Assembly (NCBI RefSeq): GCF_009914755.1
Contig: NC_060934.1
Source: the human T2T-CHM13v2.0 reference genome, Homo sapiens
Strand: one strand, 5' to 3'
DNA length: 64,000 bases
In this document: positions 49,966-64,000 of the stretch, piece by piece
Layout of the letters: each line of letters begins with the position of its first letter
Position numbering within the stretch: the stretch's first letter is position 1
The notes under the pieces: generated by a model
What the model saw: the letters and a program-made list of their open reading frames with translations, nothing else
What the model was told of the DNA's origin: nothing
The model's database searches: none
Made by a program: the position numbers and the translations under genes

Positions 49966-51710
49966 AGCCGACCTGGGACACCTTGACTCCAAGCCCAGTA
50001 GTAAGTCCCACACGCCGCAGGGCCTCTCAGCCATCTCTGCTGAGGAGGGATCCTTATTGGCAGCGAGGATCCTTGAGACCATCGTCAAGGACAACCTGGC
50101 TAAGGTGGGGTTGGCCTGGGACATCCTGACTGGGAAAGCAGCCGCCGTGAAGTTCATTGATGAGACTCAGCAGATCTCCTCCAGCCTCCAGACACCATCC
50201 ACAAAGTAGGAATCATGAAGGCTCAGATCACCCCAACATAGTGAAGTATTTGCTGTGATCGATAGTGAGGAATCTCTGCCTCATCACAAAGCACGCTAGC
50301 GAGAAGTTTGTGAATACCTGCTCACAGCAGCAGGAAAGAGGCCTGAAGCAAATTCCACCAAAAGTGTCTGCTATGCAAGCTGTTACCAGAAGTGCATTGT
50401 CCACAGATATTGTGTATTGTCACCAGAAATGTATTGTCCATGTTAACATGAACATCACAGATTGGGTTCAGGAATAAATTCGCCTTTCGCAACAAGCTGG
50501 ATACCTTTTGTGGCAGTCCCCTTAGGCTGCCCTGGAATTCTTCTAGGGCCACAAATATGAGCTGGTGGATGTATGGCGTCTGCGAGTTATCCTCTATATA
50601 CTGGTAAATGGATCCTTATTTTTCGATGGACAGAACTTCAAGGAGCTATAGGAGCAGGTACTGAGCAGGATGTATTCCATTCCCTCCCCCATGTCCCCGG
50701 AGAGTGAAAACTTGCTGAAGAAATTTCTCATTGTCAATTGCAGGAAGAGAGGCCCTTCAGAGCACACTGTGAGGGGTCCATGGATGAATGCGAGTCATGA
50801 AGGTGAGGAACTTAAGCGCTGTGTGCAGCCACTCTCCCACTGGGAGGACCCCCTGCAAACTAAGTTCATGGTATCCGTGGGTTACAGACAGGAAGAGATC
50901 CAGGACTTGCTGAGGAGTATGAGGAAGCAGTGGTCACCTGCCTGCTCCTGGGTTCTCCTTTCATCCCAGGAGGTACAGCTCAGGGTCTCTGCCAGCCCGG
51001 AGCAGCAGTGGTTTCAACAACCTGCCTTTCCCATCTTTCACGGCCTGAGAAGACTCAAAGGAGCCACCCAGAGTCTGAACAGGATCAGGAGACAGGGCAG
51101 AAGGGCAGCAACACAGCAATGCACCAGCCAGCTCCCTACTAGCCTGGAGGGGACGAACCCCACCCCCGCTGTGAACAGCGACCTCTCCACTAACACCAAA
51201 ATGAGCAGGAATTCCTCACTCGGGGCAAAAGCCGGTTTGGCCAGACCTCCACCCAGAACGACAACGGCAGCCCCACAGCGCTGGGGCCTGAGGCCTCCTG
51301 AGCTCTTGCTTCTCACCTCTACCCCGTCTCCCCGGCCACCAGCCCGGGAATCCCAGTCGGTCTCCTTGCAGCCCAACCAGGCCTCGGTGCCGCACCCCAC
51401 AGTGAGCAGCTGGGGGGTGCCCGCCCGGCACAGTCCCCCCAGAGTGTCCCTGCGGCCTCCCTTCTACCCGCGTCATCAGCGGAGTGGGCAGAGCCCCCGA
51501 TGGGACCAGGTACGCGCGGCCGGGCAGCCCAACAGGTGCCAGCCCCAGAAATGGGTTCCAACAGGGTGACTCCAGCCTCTCCCTCTGGCAAAGGCGGCGG
51601 CCAGCAGAGGGCCGCCGGGAGCTTCTTCAGCAAGTTCAAGTTCAAGTTCACAAGCTGGACTCAGCTGCCGGTTTGCCTGAAGGAACCTGAAAGCAAAGAC
51701 GGAGGAGGAC
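49966..51710 (+). pseudogene. MARK2P9: Processed (intronless) pseudogene of MARK2 (Par-1 family Ser/Thr kinase); 5' end near the start of MARK2 exon 2, truncated before the KA1 domain
   Basis: Translated fragments follow MARK2 in order without introns: [11 protein letters not shown]; [39 protein letters not shown] (cf. [39 protein letters not shown]); CHQKCIVH; NKLDTFCGSP; [28 protein letters not shown]; MSPESENLLKKFLI; UBA-like MVSVGYRQEEIQDLL; AAGSFFSKF; EPESKD. Stops and frameshifts are present and the catalytic loop is deleted. The MARK2 parentage is read from sequence; the P9 number is recalled from locus context and not verified. Confidence 0.93.
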
Positions 51711-52470
51711 ACGATTCACAATTAGAAATTAGAGTCACTTTTTGGTACAGAAAAAAAAACGAAAAATAAAAATAAAAAACAAAAAACCCCCCAAACAACA
51801 AAAAATTACCCTCGCCCTCTCCCAAATATTAAACAGAGCTCAGTAGGTGCTCACAATAAGAACCCGTCCTTCGCCTGCAGTATTTAAACGATTGTCGGTG
51901 GAAGTTCACGTCGTGCTCCTCTTTCGACAGCCGTTGGGTAACGGATCAAAACCCTTAACGGCCGCGGCTGGAGCGCGAGCTCGGGGCGCCGAGGGGCTCC
52001 GGGCCCGAGCGTCCACCGCTCATCTCCTGGGCTCGGGAGGTTTTCGCGGCGGGGGCTCAGCCCCAGATCCCGGGACTCAGGAGGAGCTGGGCCGAGCTGC
52101 GGGAGGCGTGGAAGCCCCAGGAGAGGGTTTTGCACTACGAAAAAACCATATGCAAATTGCCTGGGAAGAGTTTAGATTCTGTGGCCAAACTGCAAGCGGC
52201 CGTTGCTAAAATGGGAAGCATTTACAGGAAAAAGCAAACGGTTTCATCGAGGTGGATTCGACGACAAACTAAGCGAAGGCAAAAACGATCGCGGGAGTCG
52301 ACGTGGAGACAGATAAGGCCCAGAGCTCTGACCAGACACTAAGTACTTCATCACTAGTCCCTGGCTGCTGCTCTGTGGATAACAGCAGCTCATGTAAGCC
52401 AACCTCACAAAACCAGGGGCCGTCCACCTCCTTCACGCAGGCATGAGGAGGCTTCAGAGGCCGAGTCCGA
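51150..52470. promoter_or_regulatory. Orphan CpG island / candidate promoter (core ~51,860-52,310), overlapping the 3' half of the MARK2 pseudogene
   Basis: Sharp rise in GC and CpG (e.g. ggccgcggctggagcgcgagctcggggcgccgag) in non-Alu DNA within a CpG-poor window. MYB-type YAACGG sites at 51931-36(-), 51939-44(+), 51956-61(+) and 52200-05(-); octamer ATGCAAAT at 52150-57; TATTTAAA at 51881-88. Confidence 0.75.
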
Positions 52471-52494
52471 AGTGGCCAACCACAACTTCCAGGA

Positions 52495-55490
<2,996 letters not shown>

Positions 55491-55491
55491 A

Positions 55492-59195
<3,704 letters not shown>

Positions 59196-59304
59196 AGCTA
59201 AGGAGTTCGAGACCAGCCTGGGCAACATAGTGGGACCCTGTCTTTAAAAAAAATTTTTTTTTTTAATTAGCCAGGCTGGTGGTGCACACCTGTAGTCCCA
59301 GCTA

Positions 59305-59768
<464 letters not shown>

Positions 59769-59826
59769 CTAAAGTAAACTATGGACTCTAGTTAACAATA
59801 ATATATCAATACTGATTTATCAATTA

Positions 59827-60225
<399 letters not shown>

Positions 60226-60289
60226 CTAAAACTATACTCCTCCCCCATAAAATCTATTAATTTACTTAAAAGTGAAGTTGACTTTTTAA

Positions 60290-62095
<1,806 letters not shown>

Positions 62096-62522
62096 GTCAT
62101 TTACTTCCTCCTACTTCTTAGTCAATCACCTCTGCCTTATCCAAGTGCACTTCACTTTCCCCTGCGCTGCTTACAGGGATGGCATATGACACAGCCCCAG
62201 GGGACACATTACTATGTTGTGCTCCAGGGAGGGCCTGCCTTTGCCTTCATGACCTTTTCCAAGGTGACATCATGTGCCTATAATATCTTTTCTCCATTTG
62301 CCAACTCAGTTTTCTCCAATTCCTTAAACAGCCAGTGAATTCACGGAAATCCTCTTCCATTAAATCCTTTTGCTGCAGACCACAGAATAGCAACTATCCT
62401 GAATATTCTGACCCCTGAATAGCAAATTACCACTCTGCTGAATCAAAATGTGGAACTCTTACTCGTTCCCAGTTCTTTTTCCAATTAGATGCCTTGTTGT
62501 TTACTCTTAAAATCAACTTAGG

Positions 62523-62696
62523 TCTCTTTCCTTTCTTTCCTCTTTTTCCTTTCTTCCTTTCCTTCCTTTCCTTTCCTTCCCTTCCTTCCTCCCCTTCCTT
62601 CCTCTCCTTCCCTTCCTTCCCTTCCCTCCCTTTCTTCCCTCCCTCCCTTCCTTCCTTCTTTCTTTTCTCTTTTTCTTTCATCTTTCTTTCTTTTTT
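62523..62696. repeat. Pure polypyrimidine (CCTT/CTTT)n tract, expanded Alu tail
   Basis: About 170 nt of nearly exclusively C/T immediately before a minus-strand Alu. Confidence 0.93.
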
Positions 62697-62698
62697 GA

Positions 62699-62806
<108 letters not shown>

Positions 62807-63827
62807 TAGCTGGGATTACAGGCACGCACCACCACACCTGGCTAATTTTTGTATTTTTAGTAGAGACGGGGTTTTACCATGTTGGCCAGGCTGGTCTGGA
62901 ATGCCTGACCTCGTAATCTGCCCTCCTCAGCCTCCCAAAGTGCTGGGATTATAGACATGAGCCACCACGCCCGGCCTATTTATTTATTTTTGAAACCAGT
63001 TCTCACTCTGTCGCCCAGGCTGGAGTGCAGTGGCAAGATCATGGCTCACTGCAGCCTTGACTTACCAGACTGAATCAATCCTCCCATCTCAGCCTCTCAA
63101 GTAGCTGGGACAACAGACACGTGCCACCATGCCCGGCTAATGTTTATATTTTTTGTACAGACAGGGCCTTGCCATGTTGCCCAGGCTGGTCTTGACCTTC
63201 TGGGCTCAAACCATCTGACTACCTCAGCCTTCCAAAGTGCTGGGATTACAGGTGTGAACCACCATGCCTTACCCAAATTAGGCTTATCTTGATGCAAACA
63301 CCTTGTTGTCTGTTGCTATTTGGTTTATTGTTTCTGTGTCATTGTCTGTGTGTTCGGCCATAGCAGTGATGTATGTGTCCTGATCTGGTGCTTACCCTGA
63401 AGAAATCATAGGCTGTGTCAGGTAGAGCCATGGACAGTCTGGATTATCTAGCACAGTTCTGTTGAAAATATTCATTTGATATGTCAAACTATGCATTTTG
63501 TTTTCTTTTTCTTTGTTTTATATAGAATCAGGGTCTCACTATGCTGCCCAGGCTGGTTTTGAACTCCTGGCTTCCCACCTTGGCCTCCCAAAGTGCTGGA
63601 ATTACAGGTGTGAGCGACCATGCCAAACCCAAACTGTGCATTTTGGCTCAGAAAATGTTGTTAGGGCAGGAACACTTGGCAGATTTCTTGGTATTTACAA
63701 TTAGGCATTTAATACATACTTTTTAGAAATAACAACAACAACAAAGGAACTTGAGCTTCTCAAGTCTTAGCTTTGTCTAAAGCCCACAGGGTCTCTTTAG
63801 AAAGGATAATGTCTAAAATCAACATTA

Positions 63828-63915
63828 TAAATATATTTATGGGAGACTGGTTTGAGTAATAAAACTCCGGTCTCCCGCAAAAATAAATAAAAATAAATAA
63901 GTAAATATATTTATG
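63828..63915 (+). mobile_element. Miniature retroposed insertion: LTR8-derived ~38-nt fragment plus A-rich tail between 14-bp TSDs
   Basis: taaatatatttatg at 63828-41 and 63902-15 flank (g)ggagactggtttgagtaataaaactccggtctcccgc + aaaaataaataaaataaataaag; the insert matches the LTR8 segment at 33793-33833. Confidence 0.8.
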
Positions 63916-64000
63916 TTCTATATGCCAACATAGCAACTTCTCAGTGATGTTCAGTAAGGGATAAATTCCTCCATTTATTAAGTGTCTAATTGTAAATACC

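Noticed and set aside
50670-51569. 299-aa ORF as a functional CDS
   Set aside because: Only the first ~80 aa follow MARK2 (end of kinase plus UBA) before drifting out of frame. The start codon is internal and the upstream kinase is destroyed; the GC-rich sequence explains the lack of stops.
51749-51805. A-rich tract as the pseudogene's poly(A) tail
   Set aside because: MARK2 homology stops mid-CDS ~40 bp earlier, the 3'UTR is absent, and I could not find a matching TSD, so this is unsupported.
51800-52160. U6-type Pol III snRNA gene (octamer + TATA + downstream T-run on the minus strand)
   Set aside because: No recognisable PSE, the octamer-TATA spacing (~260 bp) is longer than typical, and the ~50-nt product resembles no known RNA.

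Overview
Human (an AluYa5 with all five diagnostic positions is present), extremely repeat-rich intergenic DNA with no intact protein-coding gene. By eye it holds about 100 Alu copies or fragments, roughly 40-50% of the window. It also has old L1M, L2 and MIR remnants, several solo LTRs with recognisable target-site duplications (MLT2A1, LTR8, MER61-like, MER21-like, MaLR), decayed class III ERV internal sequence at 42-48 kb, and DNA-transposon fossils (Tigger3, MER5, a Charlie/Buster hAT transposase fragment). The only gene-derived sequence is an intronless, kinase-dead MARK2 processed pseudogene at ~49,966-51,710 (+). From memory, unverified, this is probably MARK2P9 between MARCHF5 and IDE on 10q23. 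Two observations stand out. (1) An orphan CpG island right after the pseudogene carries four MYB-consensus sites, an octamer and a minus-strand TATA-like box, making it a candidate A-MYB-driven germline promoter firing antisense through the pseudogene (pachytene-piRNA-precursor-like). (2) A ~60-bp TSD-flanked, A-tailed insertion at 63.84 kb looks like an L1-retroposed copy of just the hairpin R region of an LTR8. Nearly all ORFs in the supplied track are Alu or simple-repeat artefacts. Repeat subfamily names come from recalled consensus sequences, and boundaries are approximate unless a TSD is given.
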